A stretch of 64,000 bases of DNA from a virus. Taxonomy: Duplodnaviria; Caudoviricetes. Where the stretch lies: positions 19,618 to 83,617 of the IMG/VR virus record IMGVR_UViG_3300029288_000138; one strand, given 5' to 3'. The notes under the pieces were generated by a model. It ran no database searches and was not told the DNA's origin. It saw only the letters and a list, made by a program, of their open reading frames with translations. The position numbers were made by a program, and so were the translations under genes. Position 1 is the first letter of the stretch. Every line of letters starts with the position of its first letter. Below are positions 39,467 through 50,621 of the stretch, piece by piece.

Positions 39467-41491
39467 ATGTTATCATCAATTAAACTTTTCAATTCAGTAA
39501 TTATCAAAGAACATCAAAAAGAACTAAATCCATCAGATTTAAAATTTGCTAATATCTTTAAAGAAACTTATAAGTATGGATTTATATTTAGTCCTGAAGT
39601 TGTATCTGAATATTCATTTAATGACTTAAAACAAATAACCGCTGAAATGATCAGTGTTGGTATATTCAAAAGTTCAGAACAAATGAATAAAACATTTCAG
39701 ACTTGGACTAAAATGAGAGATTCTGATATTGAAACTCTTGTTATTGAACAATTAATTCATTATATGACAACCTATGGGTTTGAAGAACTAGGAATTTATA
39801 GTGAAGACACTGTTTATTTTCCTACAAAAGATTTGGATATACCTGATATTGATGTTGAGAAATTTAATTTCACTGTTATTAAAGGTATCACTGAAATAGA
39901 ACTAGCAAAAAGAACTCTAAAATTTGTTAATTCCGGAATTGCATTAAAGGAAGAAACAATAAAAGATGTTTTCGATGTTATTTCGACCCTGCATACTAAC
40001 AGTATAATTTCAAACGAAGAGATTGAAACAGTTAAGAATAAAGAATTAAAAATAAAAGTGTATGAACACTTAAATATTGTTCCAAAGAATGCATCAGAAT
40101 TTTTAAGAGTAATTATTAATAAAGCAACTGGAAATGCACTATTAATCAAATCTAAATCAGTTATTGAGCAATTAAAAAAATTAGGAAATGATGATGTATT
40201 TAAATATTTTAGTTTATATAAACTATTGTATAAAGATTTTAATGCATTATCAAAATCATTTTTTAGATTTAAACCATTGTTTTTAGCATTAAAAAGAACT
40301 ATTTTTGATTATAAAACAAAAGAAATCAATAAAATCATTAATAAAATTAGAAAAGATGCTAATTTCTTACATACACCAATGTCAGTCGATTTTTTAAATT
40401 CTATTACAGAAAAACTCAAAAGCGGTGAAGAAATTAATGAACAAGAATTAATGAAAACCCTAGATCGTGTAAATGTATTTAGAAAAGTTAAATTACTAAA
40501 CGCACTGGATTTTAGATCACAAGATGTTAAATCTATTCTATATAGAATAAGAAATAGCAAAGCTTTTGTTACAGATTTTGAATCTAATTATCTAGAAAAT
40601 AAAAGTGTTCAATTAGAATATAATAAAATTAAAAACATCATTCTATCTTCAATCGCAAAAACAGTTGAAAAAAACCTTAGTGGAAAAAAAGTATACATTC
40701 CTGATAACATTTTTTATGCGATTCCCAATTCTGAAAAGCAATTTGTAGGAAATTTTCCAAACGGAACTTATATTAAAATTGAAAAAGATGATTTGCTATT
40801 TGGGGTACATTGGTTTGACTTATCTTCTTCTAATAGTGACGATCGATTACGTAATCGATTGCAATCAGATTATAATAAAAGAATTGATTTAGATTTATCA
40901 ATGTTAACTATTGCAGGCGAGAAATTGGGTTGGGATGGTGGATATAGAACAAATGACAGAACAATTTTATTTTCCGGCGATAATACTTCTGCTCCAAGAC
41001 CTAACGGAGCCAGTGAAATGTTTTATATGAATAATATAAATAATGAAGAGTTTCTTGTATATTTAAATTATTTTAATACCAATGCCAGTCTAGATAATAA
41101 AGTTCCATATACATTATTTATTGGTAAAGAAAAAGTCAACAAAGCCTTTGACAGACAGTATATGATTAATCCTAACAATATTATATGTCAACTTCCGTGT
41201 CAAATAAGTTCTGGGCAAAAACAAACTATAATTGGATTTATATCAATCAATAAAAATGAATCTAGATTTTATATAACAAATTATTCACTTGGAAATAATA
41301 AAACCGTTAGAAATAATAAGTATAGTAAAAAAGCAAATGAGTTTTTATCGGCATATTATAAATCTAATACATATCTAGATGATGTATTAGCAATTGCTAA
41401 AATTAACATAGTTAATGATGCAAAAGATGCTGATATAGATTTATCAGTAAATAATATCAGTAAAGATACATTTTTATCAATTTTCATGTAA
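39467..41491 (+). CDS. large conserved protein with C-terminal TerD-like domain
   Basis: EQLIHYMTTYG; FFRFKPLFLALK; GVHW...RIDLDLS...IGWDG.Y....FSGDNTSAP.PNGASE. Confidence 0.75.
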   Translation: MLSSIKLFNSVIIKEHQKELNPSDLKFANIFKETYKYGFIFSPEVVSEYSFNDLKQITAEMISVGIFKSSEQMNKTFQTWTKMRDSDIETLVIEQLIHYMTTYGFEELGIYSEDTVYFPTKDLDIPDIDVEKFNFTVIKGITEIELAKRTLKFVNSGIALKEETIKDVFDVISTLHTNSIISNEEIETVKNKELKIKVYEHLNIVPKNASEFLRVIINKATGNALLIKSKSVIEQLKKLGNDDVFKYFSLYKLLYKDFNALSKSFFRFKPLFLALKRTIFDYKTKEINKIINKIRKDANFLHTPMSVDFLNSITEKLKSGEEINEQELMKTLDRVNVFRKVKLLNALDFRSQDVKSILYRIRNSKAFVTDFESNYLENKSVQLEYNKIKNIILSSIAKTVEKNLSGKKVYIPDNIFYAIPNSEKQFVGNFPNGTYIKIEKDDLLFGVHWFDLSSSNSDDRLRNRLQSDYNKRIDLDLSMLTIAGEKLGWDGGYRTNDRTILFSGDNTSAPRPNGASEMFYMNNINNEEFLVYLNYFNTNASLDNKVPYTLFIGKEKVNKAFDRQYMINPNNIICQLPCQISSGQKQTIIGFISINKNESRFYITNYSLGNNKTVRNNKYSKKANEFLSAYYKSNTYLDDVLAIAKINIVNDAKDADIDLSVNNISKDTFLSIFM

Positions 41492-41574
41492 AATTATTTT
41501 TAATTACTATATAGATTTCTCTTGTTTTCTATTCATTTTAATATTAAATTATAGAGTTATTTAAAATAAAGATT

Positions 41575-41722
41575 AAAAAATGATAAAGCTTAAAGGCTAC
41601 CTATCAATTACAATGCTATTCTAGACAAGGTATTGTAATATGGTGTTGCTTGAGCTCGGCAATAGAAAAGCCTGAAACCGAAGGGCTCACGTTTGGGGAC
41701 TAGAAATAGTCCCCATTTTTTT
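41575..41722 (+). ncRNA. Stand-alone small RNA (own promoter and terminator, no ORF)
   Basis: Promoter 41522; stems AGGCT/AGCCT, TTACAATGC/GTATTGTAA, TGTTGC/GCAATA; terminator TGGGGACTA/TAGTCCCCA-T7 at 41694-41722. Confidence 0.6.
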
Positions 41723-41834
41723 GATATTTTTTATTTTTTCTCTTGCTTTCTATAGAATTTAATATTAAATTATAGAGTTATTTAAAATTAAAGAAAGGAG
41801 AGTAAAAAAATGCGGGCGCAAAATAGAAAAACCA

Positions 41835-41880
41835 ATAACAAGTCAACGGCGGAAGCCGTTGACTCCGGTGCTGGGTTATA
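41835..41880. repeat. AAC/GTT-bounded palindromic element
   Basis: ATAAC-A-AGTCAACGGC-GGAA-GCCGTTGACT-...-GTTAT. Confidence 0.6.
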
Positions 41881-41892
41881 CCGGACGAAAGG

Positions 41893-42216
41893 ATGTGCAA
41901 AATGAGGGTGGACGCCGGAGTTAGCCATTTAAATGATTCTGACTATTTCCAAATGTCAGACAGGTGCTATATTATTGATAAAATGATTCAGGAAATTCTA
42001 GAAACACACCCGGTATATTTTGGTGATGAAAGAATCAGAAAAGTAATCCAAAATTCCGCTGAAAACCTAAGAACAGGTTTTCAGCTAGCCGATGGGATTG
42101 GCTTTACGCTCCAAGAATCAAAAAAAAAACCCCCAACCAGACAACCGCTCAAGGCGTTAAATCAACGCAAGGGTTATGTCGTATTTGCAACAAATTTCTA
42201 TCTTGGTTTGGCCTGA
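41893..42216 (+). CDS. hypothetical protein (ends TGA TGA); GC-rich
   Basis: GAAAGGA RBS; start may be ATG 41902. Confidence 0.55.
   Translation: MCKMRVDAGVSHLNDSDYFQMSDRCYIIDKMIQEILETHPVYFGDERIRKVIQNSAENLRTGFQLADGIGFTLQESKKKPPTRQPLKALNQRKGYVVFATNFYLGLA
42138..42178. repeat. Dispersed hairpin element, copy 1 (copy 2 at 63841-63880)
   Basis: CAGACAAC-CGCTC-AAG-GCGTT-aaatc-AACGC-AA-GGGTT. Confidence 0.65.
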
Positions 42217-42234
42217 TGAAAATCAGCAGAGCAA

Positions 42235-42640
42235 GAAATATAGGAATAGAAATTCATCGGACGTATGTATTAGCAGTTCTTGATGGAGTGAATAGAGATT
42301 TCGGCGCGCTGAATAAGCCCTCGGCTCTAGCGGCAAAGTTATTAGGGTAACTTATCCGACGCGGATTAGGCGTTTCAAATGCGAGTGTGCTAAGTTTAGC
42401 AAAACCAAAAAATACTTTATGTTTGAAAATCCGGTTTTAGATGCAATCGCGAAAGACGAATTAATAACCAAATGAAATCTGTGGTAGAGTTCATAATACA
42501 TGTGACGGGGAATGCCCTGTTTATAAATTGAATAGAAGTAACCACCTAAATAGCATGTTATACAGATGTAATTGCTATGGGGATGGAAATGCAATGCTTA
42601 AATTTATTAGAAATTCTACAAATAAATAACTAAATCCCAC
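42235..42640 (+). ncRNA. Candidate large structured RNA
   Basis: ~400 nt, GC-enriched, no convincing ORF even with TGA read-through; many hairpins (ATCCG/CGGAT, GCTAA/TTAGC, AAAACC/GGTTTT); followed by a terminator. Confidence 0.45.
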
Positions 42641-42650
42641 ATAATTATAA

Positions 42651-42677
42651 AAAGAAGTGATATATCACTTCTTTTTT
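42651..42677 (+). terminator. Intrinsic terminator (possibly bidirectional)
   Basis: AAAGAAGTGA-TATA-TCACTTCTTTTTT. Confidence 0.8.
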
Positions 42678-42816
42678 CATGTTTAAACAATCTAATTAGT
42701 TTTTCAAAAATTTTATAATTACAAATTCGATTAGAACAAGTCTGACTTGTATAAGATGGATCAACTAAAATAAGTTTTTCTTTATTTTTTATCATTTTTT
42801 ATATTTATATATAGAT

Positions 42817-43209
42817 ATGATTAAACTAAGCAACATATTAACAGAATCTTTGACAAAACAAATGATAGTAAATATCGCCAATGAATTATTTAAATATTAC
42901 AATGCAAATCAACTAGAATTAAAATTTACTAATGATAAAACTTTGTTAGGAAACTTTGATTTTGATAATAATATAGTTTATGTTAACCCGAATTATAATA
43001 AAGAAGAAATTACTATTACTATATTGCATGAAATAAAGCACCTTTTACAAAAGAAATCAATAGGCAAGTCTAAATTTATTCACAATTGTGAAATAGAATT
43101 GAGTAACGGTAAAGATCAAAAAAGTGTTTCATATGAAATAGAAGCAGAAAAATGAGCAAATTCTGAATATAACAAGATTTGAAAAAATAAACTTTTTGGA
43201 GAGAAATAA
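42817..43209 (+). CDS. HEXXH metallopeptidase-like protein; 2 TGA read as Trp
   Basis: MIKLSNILTE leader; TILHEIKH; YEIEAEK*A. Confidence 0.8.
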
Positions 43210-43968
43210 ATGTTGTTTTCTGGAAAAATATTAAAACAAGGCGATGCCGGTGTAGAAATAGAAGAGTTGCAAATACGACTGGCCGGGTTTGGTGGTACAA
43301 TATGAAGTGGAAATTTTGGCCCAAATACAAAAAAACAAGTTATGCAATTTCAAAAAGATTATATTGGGGATGGTGTTCCTAGTGGTGTAGTTGATTTAAA
43401 AACTTTAAGGAATATTATTACATTTACAGAAGAATTTAATATTGATTTTAATAAATTAAAATGCCCGTGTGGAAAATGTAATGGGTTTGGTCTTGGAAAA
43501 TATAAAAACGTGTATATTCCATCTAAGCCAAAAATAGAGGCATATTATATGTATGAATATCCTGGAATACATAAGGCTATTTTATATGCTTATAAGGCAT
43601 GTATGTTTTATGCTAAAAAATATGGGTTTCCATTACCAGTAATTAATTGTGGATATAGATGTAGTGCAAATAATATTCAAAATAAAAGAAGCAGTACAAA
43701 TCATTGTGGTAAAGCAATAGATATAGACTTACCAATGGTAAAGAAAACAGAAAAAGATAATCAAATAGATACGGATAGATGCAATACTTTCAGAACTAAA
43801 ATGATAGAATTTGGAAATTTCCAAATTGGTTGATCTAATAGTAATCAAAAATCATTAGAACCCGAAAATATTGCCCCAACTTGGATTCATATGGATATTA
43901 GAAATTATGAAAGTAAATATTTATTAGATAGATTCTTTGTTAAATCAAATGATGAATTAAATAAATAG
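43210..43968 (+). CDS. Endolysin: peptidoglycan-binding domain plus M15-like zinc peptidase; TGA 43303 and 43831 read as Trp
   Basis: ELQIRLAGFGGTI*SGNFGPNT; GYRC....STNHCGKAIDID; FQIG*S....SLEP..IAPTWIHMDIR. Confidence 0.9.
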
Positions 43969-43976
43969 CAAAAAAT

Positions 43977-44711
43977 ATGTTCTCAAAAATACTTAAATGA
44001 CTTATCAAAAATCCAATAGTACTAGTTATTATCGGAGTCATGGCCCTTTTAGTAATTGTCAATGCTAAAATAAATGCATTAAACAATGATATTGAATATT
44101 GAAGAAACCAAGCCGCTTTAACAGATACTATTACAGTAATTGATTCCACTATCAATATTAAGCTGGCTCAAACTGTCAGAGAAATAGAGTCTGAAAATAA
44201 AAAATTAAATAAATTACTCAAAGAAGAAAAAGATAAAATTAAAGCCCAAGTTGAAATCAATGCACTATTATTAGATAGCATCAACAATTTAAACACATCA
44301 GCTGGTAGTATAGTAATAGTAAATAACGATAGTGTTAGAACTAGATTATTCAAATATAACGCCAACGCTTTTAAATTGAGTGGATATTTTGAAATAGATA
44401 ACCCGTATAGAATATCATTTGATACATTGAGTGCTACAACAGATTTAGAAATAAATTTTACAGAAAACAAATATGGTACATGAAAAGTATATGTTGACTC
44501 TAAAAATAAAAATTTAAAATTAAATTCAATTGAACCAAAGATTGTTCCATATAATAAAACTTTTTGAGAAAAAATAGAAATAATTGTTGGAGCATATGTT
44601 GGAAAAAATAATGTTGGTATAGTCAGTGATATTATGTATTCTAAGTATGGTGCAATAATTGGTTATAGTAATAACGGATTACTAATTGGCGGAAGCTATA
44701 GAATCAAATAA
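43977..44711 (+). CDS. spanin-like protein (N-terminal TM, coiled coil, beta-rich C-terminus); 4 TGA read as Trp
   Basis: Frame open to TAA 44709 with only TGA interruptions; directly follows the endolysin; absent from the track. Confidence 0.7.
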
Positions 44712-44714
44712 ACA

Positions 44715-45089
44715 ATGATAACACTAAAAAGAATAATAACTGAGGATACTATTGCAAATATAGTACAATCTATTAGAATTGTACTAGAAATAGATAGAAC
44801 TACTCATGCTAAAGAACGGCAAAGTAGACACGGCTTTGGAGAAGATGAATATATATCAGATGAAGAAATTGTTGTTACTGCAAAGAAAGCCATTGAAAGT
44901 ATAGGAAAAATGTTATTATTCAATTACATAGATATTGGTGATACTATTTGTATAAAGAACAATAGAACCAATCTAAATTTAGTTGGACAATTAAAACGAG
45001 ACGGCGATAAAATTGATTTAGTTATAATTACAGTAATGAGAAAAAAAGACTTTAAAGTATCACCTGAAACAAAACGTATAGAAGTATAG
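44715..45089 (+). CDS. hypothetical protein, MITLKRIITE leader
   Basis: TTHAKERQSRH; ITVMRKKDFK. Confidence 0.75.
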   Translation: MITLKRIITEDTIANIVQSIRIVLEIDRTTHAKERQSRHGFGEDEYISDEEIVVTAKKAIESIGKMLLFNYIDIGDTICIKNNRTNLNLVGQLKRDGDKIDLVIITVMRKKDFKVSPETKRIEV

Positions 45090-45101
45090 AAGGTAGGCAG
45101 C

Positions 45102-45461
45102 ATGTCACAAAATACAGTTGGCAGGTTAATTAACAATTTATCAAAAGAAAAAAAGATATATTCATTTGGTTCAGAAACTACTGATAAATATTGAATATCA
45201 GAATACCCGATCGGAAGAAAATGATTCGATGGCCGGGATTGATGAATAAGAACAGATGAAAACGAATCTGGTAGAATAAAATTAAAAAATGATGATGAAT
45301 TATTAAAACCAGTAATTCCTCTATTTTGTCCAAAATGTAAAAGAATAATAAAACGAAAAGAAGATGAAGCCGCAGTTGTATTAAGAGGGCATTGTTATAT
45401 CTGTGAATTAGATGACAGTGCTGAGAAAGAATTTAATAAACAATTTGAAAAAAATAACTAA
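45102..45461 (+). CDS. hypothetical protein with CxxC...CxxC; 4 TGA read as Trp
   Basis: PIGRK*FDGRD**IR; PLFCPKCK; HCYICE; immediately upstream of the terminase. Confidence 0.75.
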
Positions 45462-47057
45462 ATGACTGATAAAGAACTCATAAAACAAGAAATAATAAAG
45501 TGCTCATCTGATTACACGTATTGTTTAAAGAAATACGGTAAAATAGTAATACCAGGTAAAAGCAAGGTACCATTTGAACTATGAGATTTTCAGCAAAAAA
45601 CGTTAGATCTATTCCAGGCAAATAAAAATATTATCATATTAAAAGGTAGACAGTTAGGACTATCAACACTAGTTGCTGGATTTATTGCTTGTGAATTGAT
45701 ATTCAAAGAACACTATCAAGCCTTAACTATAGCAACTAAAATGGGAACTGCCATTAATATAATTCGTAAGGTTAAAACATTTATAGGCGGATTTCCACCG
45801 TGAATGAAAACTGCTTTAAATGCCAATCCAATTACAGATAATGCTCAATCAGTTGAATTGTCAAATGGCAGCTTTGCAAAATCAGAAGGAAGATCAGAAG
45901 ATGTTGGTAGATCAGAAGGCTTATCACTATTAGTGTGCGATGAAGCAGCATTCATTAGAAATATGGATGATATATGAGCCGGTGCATCAGAAACATTATC
46001 TACTACAGGTGGCAAAACAATAATTTTGAGCACACCTTGTGGCGTGGGAAATTGATTTCACAAAATGTACACAGATGCAGAAGAAGGAAAAACCGGATTT
46101 TTATTTTTAAAAATTCCTTGATATATGCATCCAGATAGAGATCTTAAATGAAAAGACGAAAGATTAAGAGCATTAAAATATGATATTAGAAAATTTGCTC
46201 AAGAGCACGACTGTTCATTTGAATCCTCTGGTAAAACTATTATACCTGGTACTAAAATAAAAGAGATTTCTGACAAAACTAGAGACCCGTTAGAGGTAAT
46301 AGGTAGTGAAAAAAATATGTGAGTATGAAAATGACCACAAGAAAAACATACATATATTGTATCCGCTGATTCGGCTACTGCGGGTGGAGAAGATTATAGT
46401 GCATTTCATGTACTAGATTTAGAGACGTGTGAGCAAGTAGCAGAATACCAAGGCCATATATCCCCAGCTGATTTCGGAGATATGTTGGTTAGTATTGCAT
46501 CTAGATATAATGAAGCATTATTAGTAATTGAAAATAATTCACTGGGCATAGCCACAATTCAGCCAGCTATAGATAAAGAGTATAAAAACTTATTATGAAC
46601 TTTAAAGGGTGGATTAGAATATATTGATCCAATCAAAAATCCATATATGATGGATAATAGAACTACTACCCCCGGCTTTGCAACTACTAGAAAAACTAGA
46701 CCTCTAATGATACAAAAGTTAGAAGATTATTTGGGTGATGATTCCTTAATTATTCACTCAAAACGATTTGTTAATGAATTATGAACATTTGTATATGAGG
46801 GCGGTAAAGCTCAAGCAATGGGTTCATATCATGATGACTTAATTATGGCAATGTGTATTGCATTATGAACTAGAGATACTGTTTTGAAATTAAAATCAAT
46901 AAATGATTCGTTTGATAAAAGAAGAAATGATTGAATGTTTCAGCAGCAATATAGCAGTTCAGAGGCGTTGTATACAAATACAAAGTTATTTAATGACCCA
47001 TATAAAATTAATACGGGGTGATTTGATGAAGATATTAGATGATTAATAGAAAAATAA
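45462..47057 (+). CDS. terL: Terminase large subunit; 15 in-frame TGA (hand count) read as Trp
   Basis: PFEL*DFQ, ILKGRQLGLST, GRSEGLSLLVCDEAAF, STPCGVGN*FH, nuclease SADSATAGGEDYS, IENNSLG, YHDDLIMA; entirely absent from the code-11 track. Confidence 0.93.
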
Positions 47058-47072
47058 ACATAAGAGGAAATA

Positions 47073-50000
47073 ATGGCAACTGATAACAAATTATTTTTTA
47101 GTAATTTAAAAAAATTATTTAGTACTGGAACTATAGTCAGACAGATTGGTAAAAAACAACTGGTTGTAAAGGATTTAGATTCTAGACAAGCTAATTTATC
47201 AAGAAGACTATATGACAGATATAATAGATTATTCCATTCTCAATATACCACAAAATCATACTTATCAGGCTGGAGACCCGGTCAAACAGTCGATCGAAGA
47301 ATGAGGTACTTTGATTATGAATGTATTGCAGGTAACACTATCATTAGTACTCCGGCTGGTAATTTTACTATAGAAGAACTGTCAAAAATATATCCTGACA
47401 AATATACAAAATTTATCGTTTACTCATATGATACAAAAAATCAAAAAATAGTATTTGGTACAGCCCATTCCGCTAGAAAAACAAAAACAGATATGACATA
47501 TAAAGTAAAACTGTCTAAAAATAAAGAGATAATTGCAACTGCGGATCACCCAATTTTAATGAAAAACGAGGAATATAAAACTATAGGAGAATTAAAAGTA
47601 AATGATGAAGTAATGTCATTCGATAAGAATGTTTATCAATATAAAGTTGTTAGCGTAAAACCACATAAAGTTATTGATGTATATGATATATCAGTAAACG
47701 AATATCATAACTTTGCTACTGATTCTATATTTGTTCATAATTGTATGGATGCTGATCCGTTATGTTCTTCAGTTTTGGATGTTTATGCGGAAGAAGCAGG
47801 TTTGGAGGACGAAAGCGGAGAATTATTAAACATCACTTCTGATAATGAAAATATTACTGAAATATTGCATAATTTATTTTATGATATCATCAATTTAGAA
47901 TTCAATTTCTTTCCATGAGTTAGAAACTTATGTAAATACGGCGATATGTTCTTAGCCTTGGAAATTTCTCCAGAGTATGGTGTAATAAATGTATATCCAT
48001 TTTCTGTATATGAAATAGAAAGAGAAGAAGGAGTCGATGAAAAAAATCCAAATGCAGTCAGATTTATTTTAATGGGAAATAGACAAGAGAGTTTGGAAAA
48101 TTATGAAGTAATACATTTTAGATTATTATCAGATACAATCTTACTTCCGTACGGTCGTTCAATATTAGAACCAGGCAGAAGAATTTGAAAACAATTGCAA
48201 TTGATGGAAGATGCAATGTTAATCTATAGGATAATGAGAGCACCAGAACGAAGAATATTTTATATTAACGTTGGAAATTTGGCAGCTAATGACATAGATA
48301 ATTTTATGCAAAAGGCTATATCTAAAGTAAAGAAAACTCCAGTAATAGATTCAAGTACAGGTGAATTTAATTTACGATATAATGTTATGCCTGTGAAATG
48401 AGATACAAAGATTCCTTTATTAGATGGAAGAAGTATTACTATAAAACAATTATCAGAAGAATATAATAGTGGAAAAGAAAATTGAGTATATTCAATTGAC
48501 AGAGAAAACAATAATAAAATAGTACCAGGAAAAGTAACTTGGTGCGGCTTAACAAGACCAGACGCCAAACTAATACGAGTAACTTTAGATGATGATGGGT
48601 ATGTTGATATGACACCAGACCATCCAGTAATGTTAAGAGATGGCAATTATATTGAAGCACAACAGTTAAAAGTTAATGATTCAATTATGCCATTTTATAC
48701 AAAACTGAGTATAGAGCCGGGCATCAAAAATTATGAAAAAATATACGATCCATCAAATAATGAATATGAATTTACTCATAGAATTGTATCAAGGGAATTA
48801 AATATTGATAATTATAATAATACAAAAAATATAGTTCACCATCAAAATTTTGTTCGTTTGGATAATTCCCCGGGGAATTTAAATTGCAGTATGAATGCAG
48901 CAGACCATATTAGATATCACGTTAATAATGCAAAGGGGCGAAAAAAACCAGAACATTCAAAATGAATGAAAGAAAATTATATTCCTTATATAAGAACGCC
49001 AGAACAATGCGAAAATATATCTAAACGTATGACCGGCAAAAATAATCCTAATTATGGTAAATCAGTATCCGCGTATACAAGATCTAAACTATCAGCATCA
49101 ATTAAAAAAACAAAAAGAAGTGAAACGTTTAAGAAAAAATATAATGAAATATTTACAGCAGAATATAGAAAATTAATAGGTGAAAAAAGTACAATTAACA
49201 ATAAAGAAAGATGGGCAAACGAAAAATTTAGAAATCATATATGTTTCGCAATGAAAGATAAATTCGATGATTACTTATTTAATAAAATGATTCAGTATAT
49301 AACAATTAATCCAGATACAAATTTAGATAATCTTACAACACTAATGAATAGTAATCCAGAATTGTACGGTCATTATATTGAAATAAATATGAATCGTATG
49401 AAGCCAAAACAATTTCAAAAACATGTATTACAAAGAAGCATTAGAAAAAGATTGGGATTAACTTATAGAGAATTTAAGAAAGAAATTCAGAATAATCAGA
49501 TATTAAATCATAAAGTAAAATCTATAGAAAATATAGAAAATTCTGATGCGTATTGTATGACTGTAGACAAATATCATAACTTTGCTACTGATACATATAA
49601 TAGTAATACCAGATCTGGTATATTTGTTAAGAATAGTATTGCGGAAGATTTTTTCTTTCCTGTTCGCGGGGGAGAAGATAATCCAACAAAAGTTGAAACA
49701 CTACCGGGCGGACAGAATACTGGAGACATAGAGGATGTTACGTATCTTCTTAGCAAACTTTTTTCCGCTTTCAAAGTCCCAAAATCATTTCTTCAGTACG
49801 AAAGCGACGTTTCTGCAAAGTCGACACTCGCAATCGAGGACATTCGTTTCTCTCGTTCAGTTGAGAGAGTTCAAAAAATTATCGAAGCTGAATTGACTAA
49901 GATAGCAATTATACATCTATATAGTCAAGGATTCAGAAATGAGGATTTAATCAATTTTGATTTAAAATTAACTAGATCATCTACTCTAAGAGAACAGCAA

Positions 50001-50555
50001 AAACTAGATTTGCTCGATAAAAAAGTATCAATGACAAAATCTTGCAGAGAGTCTGAGAGTCTTAGTATGAAATGAATATATGAGACCGTTTGGGAATTTT
50101 CTGAAGATGAAATAAAAGATATCGAAGATGAAATTATTAATGATAAAAAGACTATGTTTAGAATGGCTCAGATACAGGATGGTGGGAATGACCCAGCAAT
50201 TACAAATAAAGTCGTTGATACTAGTAATACCGCTTCAGATAATAATTCAGCATCTAGTGGTTCTAAAGAAGATACTTCAACTAAAAGTGCTGATAAAGAA
50301 GTAGGATTCGATTGAAATGATGAAAAAGATAGTAATAAAGAAGAAAGAAATAGTAATGTTGGATTTGATAATAAACGAGTAACTGGTTATGCTCCGACCA
50401 TATCTGCTGCATATTTATCCAATATAGCAAAGAAATTTAATATAACAGATAAAAATATTCGTACTAGTAATGGCATGAATTTATTATCTGAAGGGTATGG
50501 AGAAAAATTGATAGATAAAATAGATGGAATACTAGAAAACTCAAAATTATTATAA
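47073..50555 (+). CDS. Portal protein (T4 gp20-like) with two inteins; TGA read as Trp
   Basis: DYE|..|CMDADPLCSSVLDVYAEE; FP*VRNLCKYGD; RRI*KQLQLMEDAMLIYRIMRAPERRIFY; EDFFFPVRGG...ETLPGG; FKVPKSFL; EDIRFSRSVERVQ. Confidence 0.92.
47322..47741 (+). mobile_element. Mini-intein (140 aa, class 1)
   Basis: C1 IAGNT; block B ATADHP; block F VYDISV..YHNF; C-terminal VHN/C. Confidence 0.92.
48390..49634 (+). mobile_element. Atypical intein (415 aa) with HNH/NUMOD-type homing endonuclease
   Basis: Begins PVK*DTKIPLLDG; TPDHP; THRIVS...VHHQNFVRLDNSPGNL; AYCMTV..YHNF; ends FVKN/S; excision restores RYNVM-SIAEDFFFPVRGG. Confidence 0.88.
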
Positions 50556-50621
50556 ATAATCAATAATTTTTGATAAAAATCCATAATAAAAAATAATATT
50601 CAGTTTTTATATTTATATATA

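Noticed and set aside
42235-42640. RNase P RNA, permuted tmRNA or group II intron
   Set aside because: No GAGGAAAGUCC P4 motif, no tRNA-like T-arm, and no domain V signature was found by eye.
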